The notes under the pieces are model-generated. The model made no database searches. It worked only from the letters and a program-made list of their open reading frames with translations, and had not been told where the DNA came from. DNA of 64,000 nt from Lama guanicoe (taxonomy: Eukaryota), in NCBI GenBank assembly GCA_013239625.1, contig MU056000.1:9432232-9496231 (forward strand), in the 5' to 3' direction. Numbering within the stretch: position 1 is the first letter of the stretch; every line of letters starts with the position of its first letter. The translations under genes and the position numbers were made by a program. This document shows positions 39,291 through 52,586 of this stretch, in pieces.

Positions 39291-39636
39291 TTATTCTGGT
39301 GACTAAGATGCGGTCCATGCTCTGTATAATGTTGCAGTGTTTTCTAGGAACAGATAATAAAACCAACAATTACATTGCAGTGTGATGGGTGCTAGGGTAG
39401 ACTTGAGGCTTAAGCTGTGGGAGCATAAATGGCCCCATCAAACTCTGTGTCTCTCGGGAAATAGCCTCAGAGGAGAGAGGTGAGACTCGACCAAAGAAAT
39501 CTGGCTGCCGGGCAGATGGGGAGAGAAGAAAGAGAGCGTAGGAGTTCCAGGCAATGAGCTGCAACATGCAAACCCATCAATGCCTGAAAATTTTTCATTT
39601 AGGAAAGTTTTAATTACAGCAGTTTTCAAAACAGAT

Positions 39637-39710
39637 TGAGAGAGATAGAGAGACAAAGAGAGAGAGAGACAGAGAGAGTGTGTGCGTGTGCGTGTACATG
39701 TGTGTGAGAC
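39637..39710. repeat. Imperfect (GA)n(GT)n microsatellite
   Basis: Direct reading. Confidence 0.9.
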
Positions 39711-41214
39711 AGGGCTGGAGAGGAGAAAGAAATAAACCCAGGGGAACAATGAGCATTGGCGTACAAAAGGCTTGTATACTGAGGAAAGGGTATGAACTTT
39801 CTCCAGGAATCTACGGAGAGCCAAAAATTAATTCAACCACTGGCCACAGAGAATGGGATGAGTATCTGAGTGCCGGTATTCCCAGAAAAACTTATTTTAG
39901 TCTCAAGGCAACTTCTGAACTCATCACTGTGGCCAACGCAGTGGGCTTGAGAAGTGTGTCTTCCTGGAGCTGGAGCTGCAGGCAGATCCTTCAGGAGCCC
40001 CCTGTTCACCAGGGGAAATGGGCTGGCCAGTCAAGAGGGAATGATTGTTGGGAAGGCAACCAATCACAACATTCAAACATACCTTCACGTGGCTGGATTC
40101 TGGGTTTTCATTTTAAACCTTTAAATGCCTTCATGTGAACAAGAATATTAACAACATTTCCTTCTTAAAATTATCAAGACATCCTTTCATCCTCTCATAA
40201 AAATGAAATATTACAATTTCTCTGAAAGATGCAATTCTACTAACAAAGAAAGAGGAATGATATATTTACCATCTTAATTGGGAACAAAATAGAAAAACCA
40301 ATAGGTTCACAGAGACATATACTTATTCACATGCGTGTATAGTTTAGTATATATGGGATACTCACTAAATTAAAATATTAATAAACATATCTAGCATGTT
40401 ACGAGAAAATTTATAACATTGAAGCTAAAGATTCACAGCAAAGTGTACTAAAGGACAAATATATACATTTTATTAACCTACAATTATACTAAGGAATGAA
40501 CCAATTGAATTAGAAATGTCATTTACTAAGCTTGTTTGGAAAACAAGTTTACTGGGCAGCTGAGCAAGAACTTTTAGGACTTGCCAGAGGAAACAAGCAA
40601 ACAAACAGAAAACACCAATACTTCCCACAGGGCTTACTGTTAGCTGCAGGACCCAGCAATTACACAGGTGGATTACACGTTTCCCTTAGCTGGGGAACTA
40701 AAGTGAATGTGATGAGTTGTTTTCATATAACAATAAACAAGGAAGCCTGAGGAACAGTATTAATCAAGGATAATCTGGCCTAGAGATGGAGAAGAGAAAG
40801 ATAAAACCTTTAACACGATAAGGGGCAAAAGGATCTTTAGCGAAAGAACTGGATAAGACTGGGACATTCTGGCAAGAAACTCTTTCCCCTGAAGAAGCTC
40901 ACCTCAAAAGATTAAAAAATTGCTTGGAGCACACACAAATATGAAGTCTTTGAGAATCAAAATATCACTCTTACACCTCCTCACAAGAAAAGAAATATAC
41001 CTCTTCAATTGAATAGTGATCAAATCTAATTGTTTCTTAATGTAAAAAGCAATAATTAATCAAATATATGGATATGTACGGATAAAAGTAACTAAATTCT
41101 AATGATATTGTGCAGACTCATTCAACTCAAATTGCATTTATAGGAAAGCTGTCAATCAGATAAGTTTATATATTATGCAGCATGCAACATGAGACAGGGG
41201 AAAAAGATAAATTT

Positions 41215-41400
41215 CAAATCCAAATGCTCTAGAGCAAAAGTTCCAAATCTGCCTCAGAGTAGCTGTGTGAGCTTGCTTGTGTTAACATAATTCCTCTAAC
41301 CCAGGTTCCTTGTCTATACAATGAATAAAGTAGCCCTTAAATTATACAGTTGTCATGAGTATTTAATTAGCTAATATTTTGCAGGATCTCTTATCCTACT
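41215..41400 (+). mobile_element. MIR SINE remnant
   Basis: AGCTGTGTGA.CTTG...TTCCTTGTCTATACAATG..TAA...GTTGTCATGAGTATT. Confidence 0.65.
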
Positions 41401-41610
41401 AGTATGAGTTTAGTGGAGAAGCTTATTAGTTGTGGTATAAACACATATTGATTTTATGTTTCCTCCCAGCTGCATTCTGGTACCTTCTACCTCCTTGCCT
41501 TTGGAAAAAGCAAGCTCCATTAATATAATTTCAAGCTATTTTTAAACCTTTCTCAATAACTTTTGTAATTAAAGCATTAGTCACTGCAGCGTCATTCAGT
41601 GATGTTCAGT

Positions 41611-41733
41611 TATGTATATATAATATTTATATGCATATATGTATATTTATGCATTTACTCATAAGTATATATACATTTATATGCATGAATGTGTATATAT
41701 ATACATATATATACAAACACACATTTATATATG
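41611..41733. repeat. Degenerate (TA/CA/TG)n low-complexity tract
   Basis: Direct reading. Confidence 0.85.
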
Positions 41734-44700
41734 CATTTTCCTCTCAGAAAGCAGGAATTCAAGTGTAGAAGGGTGGTACTATCCATCTCTGCCTGGCAGT
41801 GCTTCCCCATGACCCACCATACATTTTTTCTAAAACCTCCCCAGCACAGCCTCTCTTGTAGAAGAGGCCAAGTCAACCCGTCATTGATTTCAAAAACCAG
41901 GCCTGGAAGTAACATGCTTCTTTTCTCTTTTCATAATTACTAGAAAATATTACAAGCCTTTCTCCTGATGCCTTTCTTCCCTTGGAGAGTGGAAGGGAAA
42001 TAAGAATTTCCTTCTCAAGCAATCAGAGCTGTGCCTGGAACATTGTAGGTGCTCACTGAATATAAGCTGTAAGGATTCACAGGCACTGTACTCTTCCAAA
42101 AAATGAGAGGTGGAGGCAAGGGAGAAGAGGGAAAGAGTGTGAAGATGGAATGATGGTGGTTCAGCTGGCTCTCTCAACTGACACGTTTGTAAGCTTCTTG
42201 GAAAAGAAATTGGCACAATCACTTGCAGTACTCAGAACTCAAAATGTGGGATTGTTAGCATCTTTTCTCATCATCCAGGGTCCAAATGGTGAATTCCCAA
42301 TAAAGAGAATTCCACTCAGTCCCTAACAATATCAGGTTACACTATTCTCTTACCTAAAAACCAGTTTATAGATCCAGATTATGCACTTGACCATCAAACA
42401 CTAACATAATATCTTTTAATAGAAAGATTATTTGGGTTGAATTCTAAAGCTCTGGTTTCTAATTCTGTCCATTGCCTTGGATAAATTGCAGGCTACAAGT
42501 CTTAGCTTTATTTTATAAAAGAAAAAGAAGTACCTTGCAATGTTGTTGTGAGAATCAAGCAGATACCGTATCTCCAAGGGCTTTCAAAGTACCATACAAG
42601 TGGTACCCAAAGCGCTACTCCCTTCCTTTCCATCACACTGAAGGAAAGATTAACTGTTTTGTATTGATCAAAATTTGTGTCTTTGACAATTTTCACATTT
42701 CCCGTATAGATTCAAAGGTATTCATGCTTCTTCCAATCCTGTACAATGACATCATTCTTCAGCCAGACTCAGGATGAGTAAGATCAATATTTTGACAAAT
42801 ACAATCCCCATTCAAAATGCTATGAGGCAGGGTTGAATTATAGCCTGCATCCCCTTTTTCCACATGTACATTTAAGTAACAGGTGATGTACTCCATGAGC
42901 TGAGTGGATGGTTAATTGTCATTACTTATAAGGAGACAAGCATTGTCTTTACTGAGGGTACTATTTAAGCACCATTAAAAAAAAAAAAAGGTGTTATCTT
43001 AAAGAAGCTAAGAAACCTTTTAGCTAAATGTTGCCAAAAAGGACAACTTAGCATCAATTACTTAAACAATGTTTTCACTCTTTTAAATACATCTTTCAAA
43101 TTTTAAAAGGGCAGTATTAATTGGTTCCACAATGAGTCAATTTACTGTGATTAATTCATAGTATGTCAGGAGAACTGCACTAAGTTCCGTTCAAAATTAG
43201 TAATTCTTTGAGGGACATTTTGAGATTTATTGTTATGGAGGCTTTTGCTTGCTAACATGTTCTTTTGAATGTTTAATGCCAAAATTAATGTTTCAAGTGC
43301 AGTATGATTCAGAAAGATCTACCTAACCCATGTTTTAAAACAAAGTAAAATTACCTTTTTGAGTAAAAGAAATATAGGTCCTATTTGCTGGTAATCTTTG
43401 GACCTATGTCCCTATAAAAGAAATATGGTGTTGCTTTCAGACAAGAGTATTAATTAGGCTTCTTAATATTCAAAATCAATTACCAATTCTGTATCTCACA
43501 CACCAGATAAATAAAGCATATAGTGATTTTTCTCTTTGGTGAAAATTACAGAGTATTAAAAGTTCAACTGTCCAAGAAAACTCAAATATGAGTTGTCTCA
43601 ATACAGGACTTCACCTTTCTTGAGATATATTAAAACATACAGTAAGGAATATGGTAATCTACCCTTCTATGCTAAGTTATATCACTATATTAAAATATGA
43701 GAAATATATTTCTTCCATGAGTCTAATATTGCCCCTTTGTGCCCAGCACATTAGTAAACTTTCAGCCACTTTTTGTCATGTCAAAATCTCCTCCCGATGG
43801 CAGCCTACTTACCCAAAACGTCCTGCTATCCCAGTTGAAGGAGAACAACACTAACTCTTCCAGAGCTCAGGAATCCAGGTTTATGGTAGATGGATCTTTC
43901 TACATCACAAAGCAAGAATACAAAGGGGTTAGCCCATCCACAGCATGTTAGGGAGAACAGAAAGTTAAACTCCGGGAAATAAACACAAGTGTTGAAACTA
44001 CATGGAGACTGAAGAATTTAGAGTTGAACTGGGTTGGCTTGCAAACAAGACCAGGTTGGAATAAAATGAGGAGGATACAGGTGAGTAATGAAGCCCTATT
44101 CCCAGCTCCTGTTAGAGTTCCTGGTACATGATGAGGGCTCAGTAAATATCTGATGAGTGAAGGAGGGAATGAAAGTATAAGTGAATGAGTGGAAGTTCAA
44201 CTGGCTAAAAATGTGATGGTTATTCCCATCTAGAGCTTTATTCACCTGGTCACATCGTATAAACACACAATCAGAAAAAATAAAAGCAACAACACTGGGT
44301 AACCACCTACTGCGTTTGGAATCATTCCTTTTGAGTCTTTTTGTGACAGAACACCCTGTTTTTCAGCCTCTGTTTTTAGGTTCTCTTTTAGGCTTCGTTA
44401 GCCAGAGTCCTGGCCAATGCTGCCAGATTCTCAAGTCCAGCTTATTTAGCTTCAGTCTGCGTCCCTGAAAATCAGTGTCCTATTGCATTTGTGTAACACC
44501 AAAATATGGCAACCTCCTTTCTGGGACATCCTGACCCTGCTTTCCTCCTAACTTTTACCTGAGCATCTTTTCCTTTATCTTTAATGTCTCCTCCTACTTC
44601 AATTTCCAGAAAGTTCTCCCCCTTGTAAACCTTGGTTTATAAGGAACTGCTGGCAGGTAAGTTTCAAGAGTACAAAAGAGGCACTCCAGCCCCTTATGTT

Positions 44701-44959
44701 CATCCGACCACTGACTTCTTGCCTTCCCCAGCTACTGGAAAAGGTAGCTCTCCTCCCAAGTTCAGCTGCTGCTGTAAAATCCACCTGCTGCACTTCCAAT
44801 ACCTGTTGGTTATTTTGTGATTTTTCTGTTCCCATGATCATCACATGCTACCTCATCCTCCTCACACACGCATGCCAACACCGTACAGGTCTTGGGGCTG
44901 CCACTAATCTGTCCCTACTCATTTGTATCTTTGGGGTTCATAGTGTTATGTTGTCAGGA

Positions 44960-45539
44960 ATATGATACTTTTCAAAGATGGCTGCAACAGTATCTATCTG
45001 TCTAAATGCTCATGTTACAACATAGCATTGACACCATTCCCCCTGAGAGGCAGGGTCTATGTCCTCTCTCCTTGAAGCAGGACTGGCTTTTCTAACTGAA
45101 TTTTTAAGTAGAAGATGGCAGAAATGTCACTACTGTCTTCTGAAGCTAGGCCATGAAGGACCGTAAGGTTTCTGCCTTGCTGGATGCAATACGCTTGAAG
45201 CCTTTAGCAGGAACGTAAGTACATGGTCTGACTTCCCAGAGGATATCATGCTCTGAGGAAACCCAATCTAACCCACTTAAAGAGACTACATGAAATGACC
45301 CTGACACCACATGAAGAGAGCAACTTGCCTGCCGCGTCCTTAGCTGCTTCAGCACCTCACTGGTCCAGATCTAGCCATCATCTGACTGCAACCTCATGAG
45401 AGACCCAGAGGCAGAACTACCCAACTGAGTGGTTTCAAAGTTTCTGGTCTACAGACATAAACAGCGATAATAAAATATGTCTATTTTAAGCCACTTTGTT
45501 TTGGGGCTATTTGTTATGCAGCTAGTGATAACTGAAACA
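44960..45539 (+). mobile_element. MaLR solo LTR (MLT1G/H-like), apparently inserted in an old L1 5' remnant
   Basis: TTTTCAAAGATGGCTGCAACA start; TTTTAAGCCACT..GTTTTGGGG..ATTTGTTATGCAGC...GATAACTGAAACA end. Confidence 0.85.
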
Positions 45540-46319
45540 ACTTGTCGCCTAGTTTTGTTATAAATATTGGCCATGGGTTTTTGGACTTGCTATGTTTTAT
45601 TAGTTTTACATGGGGACTTGAAAAGATTGTAAAACTGTGCTACCACTGCTACTCTCTTCTCAGAATCCCCATCAGAGAATTTTTAAGAAGTTGTTAAGGA
45701 TGACGTTAATGTCCAGCCTGATTTGAGAACCACTTGCCTAACATAACCTGGCTTGAATACCTAACTCTCCATTTGTGCAGTCAGATTGGTATCTGGGCTT
45801 TCCTCTTGGTTTATGTGACCTGATTGCTCTACGATGCACCATGAAGTGAGAGAAATTGAGCTGATCAGCAGTAGAGTAGACTTACACGCCTCCTTGCAGT
45901 GCTTCTGCAAATTTACCTGCTGAGAATTTGATTGGTACTCAGCATAATTTCTGTGGGCCGTGATTGGCCTCTTCTAGTCAATTTTCTTCCCATTGTTTTG
46001 TAGCTGATGGATATCTCAAGTGAATTAATGGGGGTGAAATCCATAAATGATAATATAAATGTTTTCTCTTCTATGTACATATTTACAGTGGAAAGTTTCT
46101 TGTGTATTTAAAATTATTACATTATTTAGAAGTCACATTGATATGATAAATGAGTTATCTTGTGCAGAATGTTTCTAAGTCCAAAAAAATTGACAATAGT
46201 TATGAGAAATTGTCATATCTTGCAATTCAACTAAGTGGGATAATTTGTATTTTCTCCCTAAGTATTCACTTCTTTTCTCATCATGTACAGAGTATACTTT
46301 ATCATGTTATTTATGTTTA

Positions 46320-46688
46320 GTCTGATCCTACGACTATTATGGCCAATGGAATGTTCCTAGACATGGCATCAGCAGAGGCCTCACAGAGCTCTGGTTTTAC
46401 CTTCTATTCCCATGAGCCCCCCAAGCAGATCTTGCACTAGGTGATCATTGCCCCTTCAACCTGGACCCCACAACAAACACCTGCATAGCAAGCGTGACTC
46501 AACCTGCTGCTTGGATCCAAGCCCAGCCAACCCACATCTTGAAGCTGAGCCACCTATCCTAGATTAGCCAAACTGCAGTTCCTCTGCAGAGCTGTCAGCA
46601 TAATAATAAATGTTTGTTTGGGGAACCGCTGAGTCTTTGCATAATTATTTAATTAATGTTGTTACGGAAGCATTTGACCAAAATACCA
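46320..46688 (+). mobile_element. MaLR LTR remnant (MLT1I/J-like)
   Basis: TGGCCAATGGAATGT, TGCCCCTTCAACCTGGACCCCA, AATAAATGTTTGTT. Confidence 0.7.
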
Positions 46689-46721
46689 GGTATAGTCAGA
46701 TCATCGTTAATTGGATATAGA

Positions 46722-46908
46722 CCAAACCAGCAAACTACAGCCCACAGACCAAACCCTCTCGGAGGCTAGTTTTTATAAACAGCTTTATTTTTGTATTGTC
46801 TATGGCTGCTTTTATGCCTCAGTGGCAGAGTATAGTAATTATGACAGACAGTACACAAAACTTAAAATATTTACTGTCTGGGTCTTTACAGAAAATGTTC
46901 GTCAACTA
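46722..46908 (+). mobile_element. hAT-Charlie MER58A
   Basis: GCAAACTACAGCCCACAG.CCAAA...TATTGTCTATGGCTGCTTT...AAAATATTTACT.TCTGG..CTTTACAGAAAA. Confidence 0.88.
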
Positions 46909-47029
46909 AAAATAGAAGAATCATTCATACATGGAGTGATTAGAACTAAGCTCACCTATTCAGAAAATACAGGTGCTGAAAGAGAACCCAGTAGGGGTTT
47001 AGGGGAAGTTTATTGTGGCAAAGCATAGC

Positions 47030-47482
47030 TCTGATAGGTTTACTTTTAGTCCCAGTTCTTCATTTCTCCCTGCATCTACTTTCTTTGCTTGCTGACTTTG
47101 CAGTTCTTCCCACTAAAGGTAGAGAATATTCCTTTGCCCCTTAGCTTTGGCCATGTGACTTGCTTTTACCAATAAAATGAACACTGGGTGACTGGTACCA
47201 AAAGTGTCCATGCTAAGCCTAGAGCGTAAGAGCCTTGTTATCTTTCTTCTGGCCCTCTTGCTTGGCCATCATCTTACCCAGCTAGTCTGCTGATCCAAGG
47301 GAGAGGGCAAGAGACATATGTAAGCAAAGCTTTCCCAGCTAAGGTAAGGCTGCCCCTTAGCTCAAATGAGCACCCATTCCATCAAGACACAGATGCGTGA
47401 GGCAAATAAATAGATACAGCTACATGCTCCTGAGCTTTTATTGTGCTTTATTGTAGCATCACTGGGGCCACAGTTAATTGAT
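47030..47482 (+). mobile_element. MaLR LTR remnant (MLT1H/J-like)
   Basis: TGACTTTGCAGTTCTTCCCACTAAAGGTAGAG...TGGCCATGTGACTTGCTTT..CCAAT. Confidence 0.75.
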
Positions 47483-47950
47483 TGTACTAGGCAAAATTTT
47501 AAGATGGCTTCTAAGATTTTGCACACCCTGGTATGCACATAATTCCAGACTCAAAGTATGACTCATTTTACTTCTGCAGTTAGATTATATTATATGGTAC
47601 AGTTGTCATTAAGAAAGTAGGTTATGTGCGTAGTACTAACCTAAGCATGTGAGTCCTTTAAGTCTGGATCTAGAAGTCAGTGTTTGGAAACACAAGAAGG
47701 ATCTGATGTGTTGTTACCGGCTTGAAGATGGAGGGCGCCAAGTGGCAAGAAAGGCAGGGGGTCTCTAGAAGCTGAAAGTGGTCCCCTGATTGACAGCCAA
47801 CAAGGAAACAGGGACTTCAGCCTTGGAACCACAAGGAACTGGATTCTGCCAACAGCTTGAAGGAGCTTAGAAGCAAATTTTTCACCAGAGCCTTAATACG
47901 AGGACTTAGCCAATATGACACCTTGATTTCAACTTTTGTGATATACTGAA
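47483..47950 (+). mobile_element. MaLR LTR (MLT1E-like), 3'-truncated
   Basis: AGGCAAAATTTTAAGATGGC start; GCTTGAAGATGGAGGG, CAAGGAAACAGGGACTTCAG..AACCACAAGGAACTGGATTCTGCCAACA. Confidence 0.88.
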
Positions 47951-48387
47951 TCCACAGTAAATACCCAACTATTTTTAAATTATTTTAATAACACCATTAG
48001 TAGCTTGTAATCTAATTCAGTCATCAGTGTTGAAGCAGACAAACAGACAACGAAGCAATGATAAACTCTAGAATGTCCAACAAGTGTTAGATGAACTTAA
48101 TTAATTACTTCATCTGGGAACTTGAAAGTGGTTCTGAGCCTACAAGAGGCGATAATGTCTGCCTCTGGGGAGCAAAAGGGATGAAGCACCTAGAATCTAG
48201 CCTGTGGTTATAGGAAATGAGAGTATTATTTGATGATATAATTGGACTCCATACTCTGGAGAATTATAACTGCAAACTTCAACATAACTGTATCTCTCAT
48301 ATAATACATCTCAGTTAATTTTATTCAATAGAAGAATACTGGATTACAATGGAAAAATTTATTTCCAAGATTCTATTCATAAGACAG

Positions 48388-48790
48388 AGCTATGGGTTAA
48401 ATTTTATCTCCCCCCACCTCAAATTTCATGTTAAAGTCCTAACCCCCAAGACCTCAGAATGTAACTATATTTGAAGACAGAATTTTTAAGAGGTCATTAA
48501 GTTAAAAATGAGGTCATTAGCACGGCGCTAATCCAATATGACAGGTGTCCTTCAAAAAGGAGATCAGGACACATACGCACACCGAAGGAAGACCACACAA
48601 CTACAGAAGGAGAAGATGGCCATCTACAAGCCGAAGAGAGAGGACTTGGAAGAAATCGACCCAGTCGGCACCACGGTCTCAGACTTCTAGCCTCCAGAAC
48701 TGTGAGGAAATAAACTTCTCTTATTTAAACTGCCTGTTTAAGCCACCTGGTCCATGATGCTCTGTTAAGGCTGCCGGAGCAAACTACACA
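48388..48790 (+). mobile_element. MaLR solo LTR (MLT1A/B-like)
   Basis: GCTATGGGTTAAAT start, AAGTCCTAACCCCCA..ACCTCAGAATGT, AGCCTCCAGAACTGTGAG, GAGCAAACTACACA end. Confidence 0.92.
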
Positions 48791-49268
48791 GATTCAATTC
48801 AAGTGTATGTTAGTCTAATTTGGAAAATTTTTCACCTGATTAAAAAAATACAGCTTTCCATTCTAGTGGTAATGCCTCATGGATCCTTTCCAAGAACTCA
48901 TCTTTAGAATGTTGAAGTCTCTCATATTCCAACTTGAATCTGCCTGCATGGTAAGACTCTGCCTCCAGAAAATTTCAGGCTCTTATGTTTAGAGCCAAAC
49001 AGCACCCCTCGGCTGCATGTGGTCTGGCGTAAGAGTTCTCAGACTGCGTCAAATATACTGAACAATGCTTCAGTCATTTAAATATATGCATGCATGTATT
49101 ACATGAATATCAAAAATGGAGCTTACTTGTCATGCCATAAACTAATGGTTTTCATCATTTTCACATGACAGCCACACACCAAGAAATCTGTTTTCCAATC
49201 TAAGTATCATATGATTAGCATATAGCATTTGTAATCAGTTCCTTTTGCGTTCCTTTACTGAACTGTAT

Positions 49269-49283
49269 TTGCCATCTGCTGGC
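49269..49283 (-). promoter_or_regulatory. CTCF-like binding motif
   Basis: Minus strand GCCAGCAGATGGCAA matches 13 of 14 positions of CCASYAGRKGGCRS; lies in non-repeat sequence. Confidence 0.45.
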
Positions 49284-49879
49284 TCACTAAAGAGTCATCA
49301 GTCCTTTCAGCCAGGCTACATTGCGCTTTGGTCTTGCCATCACTTTGAAACACTGACAATACAAATATTCTGTTTTGAATGCTATTGAATAAATCATTAG
49401 GCGGGGGTCCAGGCATTTGCCAGGTTTGAGGTACTTCGCCGAAATTCTCGATAACTGGAAATATACAACTTTGTGTCCAACTCAATCAGATTCTTCGGTC
49501 CATGAGTCAGTGATTATTGATATGCTGATGAGCAAGGTTGGGAAGAAACATTTCAGACTGGAAGCAGACTCCTCCATTTAAGTCTCTCAACAATAGTGAA
49601 CTACATGAGGAAGGTCAGGAAGCCGAAGCCCAGGAAATGGGACCAAGTAAAAAGCTGAGACAAGAACACAAGGATGTTCAATGGCAAAGTTCACATCTTT
49701 GTTTTTCTGTGCCTTGAGTTCATGTCTATAAAATTAGTAATTAGAGATGTTGGGTTGAAGTCTTATCCAATCTAGTGTTGGAAGATTTCAGCATTCAGAG
49801 AATGGGAGAGGGTCAAAATAAAAAATACACATACTGTTCAGGTTATGATCCAATACCTGGATCTCCATGATAGCGTATT

Positions 49880-50015
49880 TGTAAAACCCAGGCCCTGTAG
49901 GATCAGGTAGACCTATGTTCAAGTCCTGAATCTGTTACACTGTTATTGACTGAATTTGGACAAGTTACCAGTACCTCTCAGTTGCAATTTCCTCATCTAC
50001 AAAATGGGGATGATT
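49880..50015 (+). mobile_element. MIR SINE remnant
   Basis: AGACCT..GTTCAAGTCCTG...TTGGACAAGTTAC...TTTCCTCATCTACAAAATGGGGATGAT. Confidence 0.8.
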
Positions 50016-52063
50016 GGCCAAGATTATGGTCTTTATTAGCCTAACATTTCAGACCGTGGAAATTGGGAAAATCTGTAACTAAAAAGTAATCAGGAAAACC
50101 TATATCATGGGATTAATTTGTAAAAAATATCCCTGCTATGTCCTATCCCTTGGTTGATGATGTTTGTTGCCTCCACTATCTGGATTATTCTGCAAATAGG
50201 ATCTAAAATATCATTGGCCATAAAGAAACCCTAATCTAGCAAATATTGAGAAATCTCAGAAGAAAATATCTGTATAAATTTGGAGTTGGCATGATTAAGA
50301 AAGACAAAGTATAAAATACCAAATTTGTCAGTAAATTAGCCATCTTTGACAGATTATAGCCAGTGGAAAAAAATGAGATATTTACTTAATGATTTGCTTT
50401 AAAGTGTTAACAAACTATCTTGAAATCTTGAAAAATGGGGATGATAATCGTCCATGCTTCATGGTATTTTTTAAATATTAAATTAGATAATTCGCTTAAG
50501 TCCTTGTAAATATAATGTGTGTGATAATATTAAATGTTATTGTTATTGTGTTATTACTTTTCTTATGCCCCTCTCTTAATAATATTGATGAGGGATGGCA
50601 TGCAGACAGAATTAAATATTTTTAGGCACCATTTTATAAGGAATTTTGTTTACCCTTGGTTTTAGTTTACTGGTTCAAAAGACAATGATTTTACCCTGCT
50701 CAGGTCTCCTCATAAACAATGCACAGGGCAACCTACTATTCTATTGTAGGGCTTATAAATACAGAGAGATATTAGTCAAAAGTGAACTCATTCTATGGAA
50801 TTCAATGTACATAATGATCTAACCATCTAATGCAATTAAATATCGAGAGATACAGGTAGACATATGTACATGGTCACAGGAACTATAGTTAATGGGCACA
50901 TGATGGTGCAGAGTGGTTCTCAAGCTAATCAGAAATTCATGCCAATTACTTTATTAAAAAGTCCTTGATCACAAAAGGAGAGGGTAAAATCTCCATTCTT
51001 CTGATATTGGTTTCTGCATCATCTTCTGATTTCATGACCGCAGCCAACACTAAAACGTCTATGTGAGTCACCCTACTTAATGCAGAATTAATCACTTCCA
51101 AAATGAGAAATTACACACCAATGGCAAAGAATCCGTGGTCCCCTGGTCTTATCCTGCTCATACATCTTCAGATTCACTTCTCTGGCTCTAGACAGTTCTC
51201 TGTTTTCTCTTTCATGTGTCTCATATATTCAGGGAAGCACTGGTATCAGGGAAGGTGGGTGTCACTCTCCAACAATGGGCACTCATGCTGTGGATTTGTT
51301 ATAGGTTAACAAAACCTACTATAAAAACACCTAGAAAAAATATCTACTATGTTTTTCTTGCTGCGTTTAGACAGGAAAAAGGATAACTTTGAACCCAGGA
51401 AATATTAGCACATTATTCATATAACCTTTGCTTCCTGGCACTCCATCTCTTTCAGAGTCACCCTCCCTCAGTAGCTGCAGGAACTCAGTTTAAAGATTAT
51501 CCATTGGCTGTCAAAGCAGGAATTTTACTCTGTTACTTTTTCTGTGGCCAGTTACATATCAATTGTTCTGTACCTCTTTGTGTCAATCTTTTGTTTACGC
51601 TTGCTTTTCTTTAAATAAAATTTTTGTTCTAAAGTTTAATGGTAAGATCCAGGATGCCACTTTCCATTTAGTGCCTCCAAAGAACTAAGCCAGTGATGGC
51701 TGAGCTGTGCTGTCCTGCCATAACAGGACTAAAACAGTGATTATCCATAACTGTCTTTTCAGCCTGACCCAACCTGAACACAGTTACCTGAAATAGTCTG
51801 CAAGCTTGCTTGATTTACAATAAATTATACCCATAGCTTCCCTTCAATGTACCCATCTAGACCACTGCAAGGCACCCACTCATTTATACTGAGGTGTATT
51901 AAACACTGCCAATGTCTCTAGATTAGGGTACATTAAAAAAAAATAGTAGAAACTTTAAACAAAGGTAGCTAGAAGCCAGTTGGAATGATGTTCTGTAGTT
52001 CTTTTATTCTCTGCTCAAAACAATGTAAGCAAATTTACATATTATCACACTGATTTTATTTCT

Positions 52064-52586
52064 TGTAATAGTTTTCCATTGCCGCTATAATAAATTATTA
52101 CAAACTTTTGGTTTAAAACAACACAAATTTGTTTTCGTTTTTATTTTTTTACAGTTCTGGAGATGAAAAGTCTGAAATGAGTCTCACTGGGCTAAAATCA
52201 AGTTGTTGACAGGGTTCATCCTTTCTGGAAGTTCTAGAGGAGTCTGTTTCCTTGCCTTTCGTATCTCATAAAGGTTGCCCACATCCCTTGGCTCACGACC
52301 CTTCTCCAGTTTCAAAGTCAGTAACATTGGGCTTTCTAGTCCCTCTCAGGCCTGTGCCTCTAGTTATTTTCTGCCTATTTCTTCCCCTTTTAAGGACTTT
52401 TGTGTTCACATGGGACTAACCCAAATAATCCAGGACAAACTCACAATCTTCCTATTTTAAAGTCAGCTGATTAGCGGACAATCTTATCTGCAACCTTAAC
52501 TCCCCTTTGCCTTGTAATCTAGCATTTGCATAGGTTCTGGGGATCAGGATGTGAGCATCTATGGGAGCCATTATTCTGCCTACCAC
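52064..52586 (-). mobile_element. MaLR solo LTR (MLT1D/E-like)
   Basis: Minus strand starts GTGGTAGGCAGAATAATGGC; + strand shows TTAAAACAACACAAATTT and TTACAGTTCTGGAG. Confidence 0.9.

Noticed and set aside
39680..40138. Longest ORF in the window (152 aa)
   Set aside because: Starts at a GTG within a (GT)n microsatellite; no recognisable domain or exon structure; consistent with chance.
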